Positions 52,820 through 62,565 of a DNA stretch of 64,000 nucleotides are shown piece by piece. Under the pieces are notes generated by a model. The model worked only from the letters and a program-made list of their open reading frames with translations, made no database searches and had not been told where the DNA came from. Position 1 is the first letter of the stretch. Every line of letters starts with the position of its first letter. This stretch comes from Verrucomicrobiota bacterium. GTDB taxonomy: Bacteria > Verrucomicrobiota > Verrucomicrobiia > CAIQCK01. The translations under genes were made by a program, and so were the position numbers. The stretch lies in contig JACRJX010000025.1 in assembly GCA_016235595.1 (NCBI GenBank), positions 228,765-292,764 on the forward strand. The letters are read 5' to 3'.

Positions 52820-54520
52820 ATGAACACAACGAAACAAACCATTCATAGACTGGCAAAGGGCGCGCTGTTGACATTGCTGGCAATCGGCAGCGTGGTGCAT
52901 TTTGCCGGTGTCGCCTCGACGCAAGAGCAACCTGACAATCGTCCGCCCCGCCCCGATGGCCAAGGCCGGGATCGCGAGGGCGGTGGTGGCGGAAGCGACC
53001 GTCGCGGCGGTGGTGGCGGAGGCGGTGGCAAGCGTGAGATGCCGGAGAACAAGACACCGGTTTCGCCGAATCCCGGCCAGACCGTCGGCCTCTTCCTCAA
53101 CACGCCGAAGGCCTACAACGGCTACACGCTGTTCGCGCCCAAGCACAACATGCTGACCTACCTGATGAACAATGCCGGGCAAGTCTGTCATTCGTGGAAG
53201 AGCGAATACGAACCCGGTCAAACTGTTTATCTGCTGCCCAATGGCCACCTGATCCGCGCCTGCATGCTGCGGGTGCAGGGCGGCACCGGCGGCGGTGAAG
53301 GCGGGCGCATCGAGGAGTATGACTGGGATGGCAAGCTGGTCTGGGAGTTCGACCACGCCACCCGCGACTACCAGCTACATCACGACATCAAACCTCTGCC
53401 CAATGGGAACTTCCTCGCCCTGATGGTCGAGCGCAAGTCCCGTGAGCAGGCGTTGGCGGCCGGTTTTGACGAGAGCATGATGCGCGACGATTATCTGGTG
53501 CCCGACGCTGTGGTCGAGATCCAACCTATCCGGCCCAAGGGCGGCAAGATCGTATGGGAATGGCACGTCTGGGACCATCTGATCCAGGACTCCGACCGCA
53601 GCAAGCCCAACTACGGCGATCCTGCGCAGCACCCCGAGCGGATTTACGTCAACTGCAACGGCCGGGCGGTGGCCGCCTTCTGGAACCACATGAATTCGCT
53701 CGATTACAACGCGAAGCTCGACCAGATCGTTCTGAGTGTGCGCGGCTGCAACGAAATCTGGATCATTGACCACAGCACGACGACCCAGCAAGCGGCCGGT
53801 CACACAGGCGGCAAACACGGCAAAGGCGGCGACCTCATTTACCGCTGGGGCAACCCCGCAGCCTACAAGCGCGGCACTCTCAAGGACAAACAATTGGTCC
53901 AGCAGCACGACGCGCTGTGGATTCCCGACGGTTATCCCGGCGCAGGTCACATGACGATCTTCAACAACGGCTATGACCGCGGTTGGTCGAGCGTCGAGGA
54001 AATCGTGCTGCCGATGGACGCCAGCGGCCGCTATATCCTCGAGCCAGGCAAAGTTTACGGTCCCGCCAAGCCTGTCTGGCACTACGAGGCGAAGAATCGC
54101 ACGGACTTTTTCTCGGCCGAAATCTCCGGCGCGCATCGCCTGCCCAACGGCAACACCCTCATCTGCGGGGGCATCGTGGGCAACTTGTTCGAGGTCACAC
54201 CCACGGGTGAGATGGTCTGGCAATACGTCAACGCAATGGTCCGCGGCGGCATCCTCGCGCAAGGTGAATTGCCCGGCAAGGACATGCGCGGCCATTTGTG
54301 GAACGCCGTGTTCAAGGTCCATCGCTATGAGCCGAATTATCCCGGCCTGGCGGGACGCGATCTGACCCCGAAAGGCGTCGTTGAACTGCCCGCTTCCATG
54401 AAAGGCAAGACCGGTCTCCATCTGATGACCGAAGCACAACGCACCGACCAAGGCCCCGCTGGCAAAGGCAAGGGCAAGGGCAAAGGGAACCGCAATCGCG
54501 ACAACCAGCGTGAGAACTAA
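52820..54520 (+). CDS. Aryl-sulfate sulfotransferase (ASST) family protein 1
   Basis: GYTLF, HHDI, WEWHVWDH, WNHMNS, LIYRWGNP, QHDA, AHRLPNGNTLI. Confidence 0.88.
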   Translation: MNTTKQTIHRLAKGALLTLLAIGSVVHFAGVASTQEQPDNRPPRPDGQGRDREGGGGGSDRRGGGGGGGGKREMPENKTPVSPNPGQTVGLFLNTPKAYNGYTLFAPKHNMLTYLMNNAGQVCHSWKSEYEPGQTVYLLPNGHLIRACMLRVQGGTGGGEGGRIEEYDWDGKLVWEFDHATRDYQLHHDIKPLPNGNFLALMVERKSREQALAAGFDESMMRDDYLVPDAVVEIQPIRPKGGKIVWEWHVWDHLIQDSDRSKPNYGDPAQHPERIYVNCNGRAVAAFWNHMNSLDYNAKLDQIVLSVRGCNEIWIIDHSTTTQQAAGHTGGKHGKGGDLIYRWGNPAAYKRGTLKDKQLVQQHDALWIPDGYPGAGHMTIFNNGYDRGWSSVEEIVLPMDASGRYILEPGKVYGPAKPVWHYEAKNRTDFFSAEISGAHRLPNGNTLICGGIVGNLFEVTPTGEMVWQYVNAMVRGGILAQGELPGKDMRGHLWNAVFKVHRYEPNYPGLAGRDLTPKGVVELPASMKGKTGLHLMTEAQRTDQGPAGKGKGKGKGNRNRDNQREN

Positions 54521-54533
54521 AGGAGCCACCACC

Positions 54534-56162
54534 ATGAAACGCACACTGATCATTTGCGCAATGCTCGCCAGTTCGGCGTTCGCATACGAACGGCTGCAAG
54601 GGCCGACGGAACTGCTCTTCTGCAACAAGGAGAAGGCGCTCAACGGCTACACGCTCTTCGGCGTCGGCAGCCGGACGTTCCTGCTCGACATGGAGGGGCG
54701 CGTCGTTCACACGTGGGCCATCGGCACCAACCCGCACTTGCTCGACAACGGCAACATCCTCGACGCGTCGAAGGACGACCCCAGCGGCTTCCAGGGCTTC
54801 ACGGAAGTGGACTGGGACGGCAAGAAAGTCTGGGAATACACCGAGAAGCGCGAGAACTACGCGCCGCATCACGATTGGGTGCGCATCTTCAACAAGAAGC
54901 TCAACGCGCCCACCACGCTCTACATCGCCAACAAGTCCATCTCTTACGACCAAGCCGTCGCCGCCGGTGCCGACCCGAAGAAAGCCTCGACCGAGGGCGG
55001 CCAGATGGACGCCGTCGTCGAGGTGGACATGCAGGGCAACGTCGTCTGGGAATGGTGCTTCTTCGATCACGTCGTGCAGGACCTCGACCCTTCGAAGCCC
55101 AACCACGTCGGCGCGGGCAAGACCATCGCGGACCATCCCGGCCGCATCAACATCAACATGCCCGGCCGCCCGCTCAAGCGCGACTGGCTCCACTGCAACT
55201 CGATGGATTACAACGCCGAGTCGGGCCACATCGTCATCAACTCCGTGCAAGGCGAACTCTACGTGGTTGACCACGACGGCACGTTCGTTGCCGGCAACCC
55301 AAAGGCGAGCATAGCCAAAGCCGCCGGGCCGGCGGGCGATTTCCTCTACCGATTCGGCGATCCCGCCCGCTACGCGCAAGGTGACCCGCCGCGCGTGCTC
55401 GAAAACTGGGACTCGGCCACCTCCGGCCACAAGCAGATGGGCGGCGCGCACGACGTGCACTGGATCCGGCCCGGCTTGCCCGGCGCGGGGCACATCATGG
55501 TCTTCAACAACGGCCAGTATCTCTACCAGCGCACGCCAGGTTCCTCGGTTTTGGAAATCAATCCGTTCCTCGACGCGAGCGGACGCGACACCGGCAAGTA
55601 TGTCAACCCGCCCGACGCCGGCTACCGTCGCGAGACCTACGAACACGACACGCATAACCAGCCGCGGCAAATCTCGAAGCAAGTCGTCTGGAGCTACAGT
55701 TCCGTGAACAGCCATGGTTTCTTCAGCCACATCGGCTCCAGCGGTCAGCGCCTGCCGAACGGCAACGCGTTCATCTGCTCCGACACCGAGGGCCATTTCT
55801 TCGAGGTCACCGACAAGGGCGAACTCGTCTGGGAATACATCAACCCCGTCACGCGCGATGGCCCGGTGAAAGTGCTCGGCGACGTGCTGCCGATGACCAA
55901 CTCCGCCTTCCGCGCTTTCCGTTACGCCGCCGATCATCCCGCCTTCAAAGGCCGCGACCTGACGCCCAAAGGCACCATCTCCGAGCGCGCTGCGCAAGGC
56001 GTTGATGTCTATCCCAAGCGCGGTCCCGGCGACCGTAAGGGCAAAGGCGGTGGTGGCGACCGCCGCGGCAAGGGTGGCAAAGGTGGCAGCAAGGGCGGCC
56101 AACGCGGTGGCGGTGAGAACCGCGACAACCAACCGCAACGCGACAACCAGCAAGAGAAATGA
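54534..56162 (+). CDS. Aryl-sulfate sulfotransferase (ASST) family protein 2
   Basis: GYTLF, PHHD, WLHCNS, FLYRFGDP, AHDVHW, GQRLPNGN; AAGGAG RBS. Confidence 0.88.
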   Translation: MKRTLIICAMLASSAFAYERLQGPTELLFCNKEKALNGYTLFGVGSRTFLLDMEGRVVHTWAIGTNPHLLDNGNILDASKDDPSGFQGFTEVDWDGKKVWEYTEKRENYAPHHDWVRIFNKKLNAPTTLYIANKSISYDQAVAAGADPKKASTEGGQMDAVVEVDMQGNVVWEWCFFDHVVQDLDPSKPNHVGAGKTIADHPGRININMPGRPLKRDWLHCNSMDYNAESGHIVINSVQGELYVVDHDGTFVAGNPKASIAKAAGPAGDFLYRFGDPARYAQGDPPRVLENWDSATSGHKQMGGAHDVHWIRPGLPGAGHIMVFNNGQYLYQRTPGSSVLEINPFLDASGRDTGKYVNPPDAGYRRETYEHDTHNQPRQISKQVVWSYSSVNSHGFFSHIGSSGQRLPNGNAFICSDTEGHFFEVTDKGELVWEYINPVTRDGPVKVLGDVLPMTNSAFRAFRYAADHPAFKGRDLTPKGTISERAAQGVDVYPKRGPGDRKGKGGGGDRRGKGGKGGSKGGQRGGGENRDNQPQRDNQQEK

Positions 56163-56185
56163 CTGCGCGCAATTGGGAGGCGTGA

Positions 56186-57604
56186 ATGAATAGAATGATG
56201 TGGATCGTCACTCTGTCGGTCGCGGCGGCGCTCAGCGCACCGCTTCCGGCAGCCACGTCGCAGCGGCCCAACTTCGTGTTCATCCTCGGCGAGGGGCACG
56301 GCTGGAGCAGCACGTCGGTGCGTATGGATGACGCGGTGGCGGAGTCCAAGAGCAGTTACGCACGCACGCCGAACTTCGAGAAGCTGGCGCAGACCGGGAT
56401 GCGGCTCGCGAACTTCTACGCACCGTCGCCGCGCTGCACGCCGTCGCGCGCCACGTTCTTCACCGGCAAAAGCCCGGCGCAGTTACACATGACCTTCATC
56501 AACGAAGGCAAGAGGGACGGGGATGTTCCCGCGAACAGCCGCATGTTACCGCCGCCGAGTTCCACCGAGTTGCCTACGAGCGAGACGACTATCGCGGCAT
56601 TACTCAAGCGCGCGGGCTACGCGACGGCGCACTTCGGCAAATGGCACGTGGGCCGGATTGATCCAAAGGAATACGGCTTCGACGCGAGCGACGGCCCGAC
56701 CGGCAACGGCGGCCCCGACAACGTAGACAATCCCCACCCGAAGCAACTCTTCGGCATGACCGAGCGTGGCATGGAGTTCATGACGCGGCAGGTCCGGGCC
56801 GGCAAACCGTTCTACCTCCAACTCTCGCACTACGCCTCGCGCCACGGCGGTGACGCGCGACCGGAGAGCGTTGCAACGGTCAAAGGCTGGGGCGTGGGCG
56901 CGCGCGACGCGGGCACCGCCGCCGCCGACCTCGATCTTGATACCGCATTCGGGATGGTGTTGAAGAAGCTCGACGAACTCGGCATCGCCAACAACACCTA
57001 CGTCATCTTCACCACCGACCACGGCACGCCAGGAAAAAACCCGCCATTCACCGGCGGCAAAGGCACCGTCTCTGAGGGCGGCCTGCGCGTGCCGTTCATC
57101 ATCCGCGGCCCGGGCATCAGGCCCGGTGCGTGCTCCCACGTGCGGACGGTCGGCGCGGATGTGTTCCCTACGATCGCCGAGCTGGCGCGCGTGAGCGGAC
57201 CGTTACCCAAGGGCGTCGAGGGCGGCAGCCTCGCGTCGGTGCTTGCCAACGCCGGCAACGGCACGGTCAAGCGCCCGCGCGAGGAATACGTCGTCCATTT
57301 CCCGCACTACGACAAGGACGCCGTCGGCCCGGCCTCCGCGACCCAGCTCGGCGACTTCAAACTCATCCGCGTTTACGAAACCGGCGCACTGGAACTCTTC
57401 AACATCGCCAAGGACCCCGGCGAACGCCGCGACCTCGCTCAGCAAATGCCCGACAAGGTCAAGGAACTCGACCAGCGCCTGACCGATTACCTCACGTCGG
57501 TCAACGCCCAGATGCCAACCAAGAATCCAAACTACGATCCGAGCAAACCGACGTCGGAGCCCAAGCGCGGCGGCAAAGGAAAGGGCGGGAAGAAGAACCA
57601 ATGA
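56186..57604 (+). CDS. Cys-type sulfatase (S1 family)
   Basis: RPNFVFIL, CTPSR, GKWH, DHG, GGKG...EGGLRVP, ELFNIAKDPGE. Confidence 0.92.
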   Translation: MNRMMWIVTLSVAAALSAPLPAATSQRPNFVFILGEGHGWSSTSVRMDDAVAESKSSYARTPNFEKLAQTGMRLANFYAPSPRCTPSRATFFTGKSPAQLHMTFINEGKRDGDVPANSRMLPPPSSTELPTSETTIAALLKRAGYATAHFGKWHVGRIDPKEYGFDASDGPTGNGGPDNVDNPHPKQLFGMTERGMEFMTRQVRAGKPFYLQLSHYASRHGGDARPESVATVKGWGVGARDAGTAAADLDLDTAFGMVLKKLDELGIANNTYVIFTTDHGTPGKNPPFTGGKGTVSEGGLRVPFIIRGPGIRPGACSHVRTVGADVFPTIAELARVSGPLPKGVEGGSLASVLANAGNGTVKRPREEYVVHFPHYDKDAVGPASATQLGDFKLIRVYETGALELFNIAKDPGERRDLAQQMPDKVKELDQRLTDYLTSVNAQMPTKNPNYDPSKPTSEPKRGGKGKGGKKNQ

Positions 57605-59340
57605 GCTCTCGCGTCTGTACAGCTCGGCATCCCAACTTGGCGGAGCTGGAATTGCTGCCTGAATGTGGGAGGGGCCTTAGCGCCCCGACTGTGGCGGCGA
57701 TGTCAATGGTTGGCCGTTTGCAGCGAATGCGCGGTCGGGGCACCAAGGCCCCTCTCACATTCAGAAGACTTTGTGTCCCGCCGATTCTATTCGGGGCGTT
57801 CTTGTTGTTCCTGTGCGCCGGCGTCGCGCTGGCAGCGCCCGAAGGCAAGAAAGGCCGCGGCAAAGGCAACAAAGAGCAGCCCACGCAGAACTCAGAGTGC
57901 AACAACGTGCCGGCGCATCCATTCGACGTGGTGCTCGGCCGGCCCACGCGGGATTCGGTCACGGCCAGCGTTCTCGCTTATCAGGATGCCGAAGGTTGCA
58001 TCGCTTACGGAACGCAACGGGGCAGTTATCCTCAGCAGACCCCGGCGCGACAGTTCAAGAAAAACGAACCCGCCGAAGTGGTGATCGGCTCGCTGCGGCC
58101 CGACACGCAGTATTTCTACCAACTCCGCACCCGCGGCACGAACAGCGTCGAAGGCGTCTTTCACACGCAGCGCTCGCGGGGCAGTTCGTTCACATTCACC
58201 ATCACCGCCGACTCGCATCTCGACGACCGCGTCAGCGCCGAGGTGTATCAACGCACGCTGGCCAACGCGCTCGCCGACGCGCCCGATTTCCACGTAGATC
58301 TCGGCGACACATTCATGACCGAGAAGCACGACAACCGCGAGAACGCCGCCAAGCAGTATCTCGCGCAGCGATTCTTTTTCGGCCAGCTTTGCCGCTCCGC
58401 ACCGCTGTTCCTTGTGTTGGGTAATCACGACGGCGAAAGTCCACGCGGCCACGGCAGCGATGCCGACAGCCTCGCCATCTGGTCGAACCAAATGCGGAAG
58501 CGCTACTTCCCAAATCCCATTCCCGTCGGCAGCGACGCCGGTAACGCGGACACTCCTGTCCGCGGCGTTGCGGGCGTGAAGAACAGCGCGGACAGGAGTG
58601 TCCGCGTTACGACCGGTTTCTACACGGGCAACGGGACGAAACATCCCGAAGCCGGCCTGTTGCAGGACTACTACGCGTGGGAATGGGGTGACGCGCTGTT
58701 CATTGCGCTCGACCCGTTCTGGTTCACGCAGAAGCAACGCGGCCAGAATGACAACTGGAAACGTACGCTCGGCACGGAGCAGTATCAGTGGCTCAAGCGC
58801 ACGCTCGAAGCGAGCAAGGCGCGGTTCAAGTTCGTCTTCATCCACCACCTCGTCGGCGGCGCGGATGAACAGAGCCGCGGCGGGACAGAAGCCGCGCCGT
58901 TCTACGAGTGGGGCGGCAAGAACGCCGATGGCACGGATGGCTTCAAAAAGAATCGCCCCGGTTGGCCCACGCCCATCCACCAACTCTTCGTCCAGAACCG
59001 CGTCTCCATCGTCTTCCACGGCCACGACCATCTCTACGCCAGGCAAGACCTCGGCGGCATCGTTTATCAAGAAGTCCCCCAACCCGGCAACGAGAGCAAC
59101 GGCAAGCTCCCCCGCTACGCCGCTGAATACGGCTACAAGACCGGCATCATCCTCGGCGGCTCTGGCCACATGCGTGTCTCCGTCTCATCCACCCAAGTTA
59201 CTGTCGACTATGTCTCCAGCTTCCTTCCATCCGACGAAACGGTTGACCGAAAGAACGGCAAAGTGTGCCACCGCTACGTCATCCCTGATGAAGGTTTGCA
59301 GACCCGCAAGCCAAATCCTGCGACGACTTCGCCTCGCTGA
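57601..59340 (+). CDS. Purple-acid-phosphatase-like metallophosphoesterase with FN3-like N-domain
   Basis: ADSH, LGD, GNHD, FIHH, GHDH; ATGA overlap with the sulfatase stop. Confidence 0.9.
   Translation: MSSRVCTARHPNLAELELLPECGRGLSAPTVAAMSMVGRLQRMRGRGTKAPLTFRRLCVPPILFGAFLLFLCAGVALAAPEGKKGRGKGNKEQPTQNSECNNVPAHPFDVVLGRPTRDSVTASVLAYQDAEGCIAYGTQRGSYPQQTPARQFKKNEPAEVVIGSLRPDTQYFYQLRTRGTNSVEGVFHTQRSRGSSFTFTITADSHLDDRVSAEVYQRTLANALADAPDFHVDLGDTFMTEKHDNRENAAKQYLAQRFFFGQLCRSAPLFLVLGNHDGESPRGHGSDADSLAIWSNQMRKRYFPNPIPVGSDAGNADTPVRGVAGVKNSADRSVRVTTGFYTGNGTKHPEAGLLQDYYAWEWGDALFIALDPFWFTQKQRGQNDNWKRTLGTEQYQWLKRTLEASKARFKFVFIHHLVGGADEQSRGGTEAAPFYEWGGKNADGTDGFKKNRPGWPTPIHQLFVQNRVSIVFHGHDHLYARQDLGGIVYQEVPQPGNESNGKLPRYAAEYGYKTGIILGGSGHMRVSVSSTQVTVDYVSSFLPSDETVDRKNGKVCHRYVIPDEGLQTRKPNPATTSPR
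57659..57764. repeat. REP-like inverted pair (GTGG type) inside the CDS
   Basis: GAATGTGGGAGGGGCCTTAGCGCCCCGAC ... GTCGGGGCACCAAGGCCCCTCTCACATTC, 26/29 complementary. Confidence 0.85.
58541..58610. repeat. REP-like inverted pair (GTAR type) inside the CDS
   Basis: Perfect 24-bp arms GTAACGCGGACACTCCTGTCCGCG with a 22-nt spacer; each arm is itself a hairpin. Confidence 0.9.
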
Positions 59341-59441
59341 CAGTTTCTCTATTCCATCCGGACAACAATTTGGCCAGACTGTTGTTGAATACGGGTGAGG
59401 CGACGTGAATGCGGCTGAAAGGAAGTGAACAGAGAACAATC

Positions 59442-60800
59442 ATGAATCGAGCCATCATTGTGCTGGCGCTGGTTCTTGCGACAAACGCAGACGGATTTGG
59501 CGCACAACGTCCTTACACCGTTGTTGGAACGGGTCAAACAAAGTGTTACGACGACCGCCAGGAGATTGCGCCGCCACGACCGGGACAGCCGTTCTATGGG
59601 CAAGATGCACAGCACCGGGGTGTCCAGCCTTCATACCAGTCCAGCACCGACGGCCTGACTGTGTACGACCACAACACAGGATTGACTTGGCAACACAGCG
59701 CGGACACCAACGGCGACGGTGTGCTCAGCCACAGCGACAAGCTGACGTTGGGCCAGGCTCGCGAGCGCCCAGCAAAGCTCAACAGCGCCGGATTCGGTGG
59801 ATTCAACGATTGGCGACTGCCGACGATCAAGGAACTCTATTCACTGATCTTGTTCAGCGGCGTTGACGTCGGACCAAATGTCACGGACACGTCCCGTCTG
59901 ACACCGTTCATCAATACGAAGTTTTTCAAGTTCGCCTACGGCGACCCCAACGCAGGCGAACGAACCATAGATTCGCAATGGGCTTCCTGCACGGTGTATG
60001 CCGCCAACCCAAAACAGATGTTCGGCGTGAATTTTGCCGATGGCCGCATCAAGGGCTATGGCACGGCTATGCCTGGCAGGCCGGAGAAGACGTTCTTCGT
60101 GCTCTGTGTCCGTGGCAACCCCGCCTACGGCAAAAACGATTTCTGCGACAACCGTGATGGCACGGTCACAGATCGCGCCACCGGGTTGATGTGGTCAAAG
60201 GCTGACAGCAGCCGGGGCATGAACTGGGAATCGGCGCTGGCGTGGGTGCAACAGCGCAACACAGGAAAACACCTCGGTTACAACGACTGGCGGCTACCGA
60301 ACGCGAAAGAGTTGCAGAGCCTCGTGGACTACACGCGTGCGCCGGCGGTGACGCGTTCACCGGCAATCGACCCTGTGTTCCAGACGACCAGACTCGACGA
60401 CGGCGAGTATCCTTTCTTCTGGACCAGCACGACGCATCAGGGCGGTCCCCCTGACCGGCAAGGCAGCGCTGCCATTTACGTTGCGTTCGGCCGCGCAACG
60501 GGCTGGATGCAGCCGCATTCGCGTGGCGGGCCTCCGGGGCCAGGGGGCTTTGGTAAAGGCGGTCCACGCGGCAAGAGCGGCCCCGGCTCCGGCGGTCCTT
60601 CGGATGGCGGTTTGCGATCATCCAGTTCCAGCAACTATCAACTGCTCGACGTTCACGGCGCTGGCGCACAACGCAGCGACCCAAAGACTGGCGACCCGGC
60701 CGCGTTCCCGCACGGTCGTGGGCCCCAGGGAGACGTCGTCCGCATCAACAACTTCGTCCGTTGCGTGCGGAACATGGATGGCACGACTCGCGCTCGATAA
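59442..60800 (+). CDS. Secreted tandem DUF1566 (Lcl C-terminal) protein
   Basis: TGQTKCY, DHNTGLTWQ, DWRLPTIKEL, DRATGLMW, DWRLPNAKEL, DVHGAGAQRSDPK, NFVRCVR. Confidence 0.9.
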   Translation: MNRAIIVLALVLATNADGFGAQRPYTVVGTGQTKCYDDRQEIAPPRPGQPFYGQDAQHRGVQPSYQSSTDGLTVYDHNTGLTWQHSADTNGDGVLSHSDKLTLGQARERPAKLNSAGFGGFNDWRLPTIKELYSLILFSGVDVGPNVTDTSRLTPFINTKFFKFAYGDPNAGERTIDSQWASCTVYAANPKQMFGVNFADGRIKGYGTAMPGRPEKTFFVLCVRGNPAYGKNDFCDNRDGTVTDRATGLMWSKADSSRGMNWESALAWVQQRNTGKHLGYNDWRLPNAKELQSLVDYTRAPAVTRSPAIDPVFQTTRLDDGEYPFFWTSTTHQGGPPDRQGSAAIYVAFGRATGWMQPHSRGGPPGPGGFGKGGPRGKSGPGSGGPSDGGLRSSSSSNYQLLDVHGAGAQRSDPKTGDPAAFPHGRGPQGDVVRINNFVRCVRNMDGTTRAR

Positions 60801-60984
60801 CAGACCGATGCGCGGAATGTGTTGTAGTACGGCGGGCAAAACACCGCACGTCACCGCACGATTTCGTTGAGCGCAGCGGCGTTTCTGCGAACTGCACCCG
60901 CGTCGAAGTATGGGTGTTGAGCCTGCATCTCTGTTTGTTCAGCGTAAGGCAACAGTTTCGTCTCTCGTTCGGTCACAAACTCCT

Positions 60985-61013
60985 TTGACAAGCGGCGGCG
61001 CTTCTTTTACGTT
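60985..61013 (+). promoter_or_regulatory. Leaderless-type sigma70 promoter of gcvT
   Basis: TTGACA-17-TACGTT, 7 nt before ATG. Confidence 0.7.
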
Positions 61014-61020
61014 CGCGCTC

Positions 61021-62133
61021 ATGTCAGCCGAAGTTCAATTGAAACGCACGCCGCTCTACGAATGCCATCGCCGGCTGGATGCCCGGCTGGTGGAGTTTGG
61101 CGGCTGGGAGATGCCGGTGCAATATGATGGCATCATCGCCGAGCACAACGCGGTCCGCAAAGACTGCGGCATCTTCGACATCTCGCACATGGGCGAGGTG
61201 CGAGTCAGCGGCCCCCAATCGCTGGCGTTTCTGAATCACCTTCTCACCAACGATCTCACCAAGCTCAGCGTCGGTCAGGGACAATACAATCTGATGTGCA
61301 ACGAGCGCGGTGGCACGGTCGACGATCTCTATGCCTACCGCATCGGCGAGCAGGAGTATCTGCTCATCATCAACGCGTCGAGGATCGAGGCCGACGTGCC
61401 GCACATCCAAAAGGTCGCGGCGCTAAAGCCTTTTCCATCCTCCGAACTTGAGATCACAAACTGTTCCAACGATGCGGGTGCGATTGCAGTGCAAGGCCCC
61501 CGCAGCGCAGCCGTGATGGAGGCGCTGCTGCCGGGCATCGCAACCGAGGTGAAACGCAATCGCATCGTCTGGAAATCGCTCGCTGGCCAGAAGGTGCTCG
61601 TCGCACGGACCGGCTACACGGGTGAGGACGGTTTCGAGATGGTCATCCCGGCGGAGACAACGGCGGCGGTGTGGGAATTGTTGCTGCAACAGAATGTGAA
61701 GCCATGCGGCCTTGGCGCGCGTGACACGTTGCGGACGGAAATGTGTTATCCGCTTTACGGCCACGAGTTGGACGAGGAGACCTCGCCCATCGAGGCGGCG
61801 TTGTCGAAGTTCGTCGCGCTCGACAAGCCAGCGTTCGTCGGAAAAGAACACTTGCAACGCCATACACTTTCTGGCAGGAGCAAAACGCTCGTTGCGTTTC
61901 GCATGAACGGCAGGAGCGCGCCGCCACGGCCACATTATCCGCTGGTGGCCGCCGGACACGTTGTCGGCGAAGTGACCAGCGGCACGCAGTCGCCGTCGCT
62001 GGGTGTCGGCATCGGCATGGGTTATGTGTCACCGGCATGCGAGGCAAGCGGGCAGATGTTGGAGGTCGAGATTCGTGGGAAGCGATTCCCGGCCACCATC
62101 GCAGCGAAACCAATTTACCGAAAAAACGGATAA
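61021..62133 (+). CDS. gcvT: Glycine cleavage system T protein
   Basis: LKRTPL, FGGWEMPVQY, FDISHMG, RTGYTGEDGFE, GLGARDTLR. Confidence 0.97.
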   Translation: MSAEVQLKRTPLYECHRRLDARLVEFGGWEMPVQYDGIIAEHNAVRKDCGIFDISHMGEVRVSGPQSLAFLNHLLTNDLTKLSVGQGQYNLMCNERGGTVDDLYAYRIGEQEYLLIINASRIEADVPHIQKVAALKPFPSSELEITNCSNDAGAIAVQGPRSAAVMEALLPGIATEVKRNRIVWKSLAGQKVLVARTGYTGEDGFEMVIPAETTAAVWELLLQQNVKPCGLGARDTLRTEMCYPLYGHELDEETSPIEAALSKFVALDKPAFVGKEHLQRHTLSGRSKTLVAFRMNGRSAPPRPHYPLVAAGHVVGEVTSGTQSPSLGVGIGMGYVSPACEASGQMLEVEIRGKRFPATIAAKPIYRKNG

Positions 62134-62139
62134 AACATC

Positions 62140-62562
62140 ATGAACGTCCCTAGCGACCTCAAATACACGGAGAGCCACGAGTGGGTGAAGTTGAGCAAAG
62201 ACAAGGCCACCGCCACCGTCGGCCTGACCGACTTTGCACAGGAGGAGTTGACTGACATCGTTTATCTCGATCTGCCGAAGGTCGGCGACGAAATCGAAGC
62301 CGGCACCGAGTGCGCCGTGGTCGAGTCGGTGAAAGCCGCCAGCGATATTTACGCGCCGCTCTCCGGCCAGGTCACGGAGGTCAACCAAGCCGCGCTCGAC
62401 GACCCCGCCGTCGTCAACGAGGACGCTTTCGGCAAAGGCTGGCTCTTTAAGATGAAGCTCGCCGACCCGGCCGAAATCGAGGAACTGCTTAGCGACAGCG
62501 ACTACGAGGAAATCCTCAGCGAGAAGGAAAGCCAGGACGAGGACGACGAGGAAGAGAAGTAA
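62140..62562 (+). CDS. gcvH: Glycine cleavage system H protein
   Basis: YTESHEW, VESVKAASDIYAP (lipoyl Lys), GWLFK. Confidence 0.97.
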   Translation: MNVPSDLKYTESHEWVKLSKDKATATVGLTDFAQEELTDIVYLDLPKVGDEIEAGTECAVVESVKAASDIYAPLSGQVTEVNQAALDDPAVVNEDAFGKGWLFKMKLADPAEIEELLSDSDYEEILSEKESQDEDDEEEK

Positions 62563-62565
62563 ACC

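Noticed and set aside
57130-57600. N-terminal extension of the metallophosphoesterase ORF
   Set aside because: Overlaps the sulfatase out of frame; ATGA coupling supports a start at 57601
60801-61020. Glycine riboswitch upstream of gcvT
   Set aside because: No aptamer motifs recognised, and the promoter abuts the start codon
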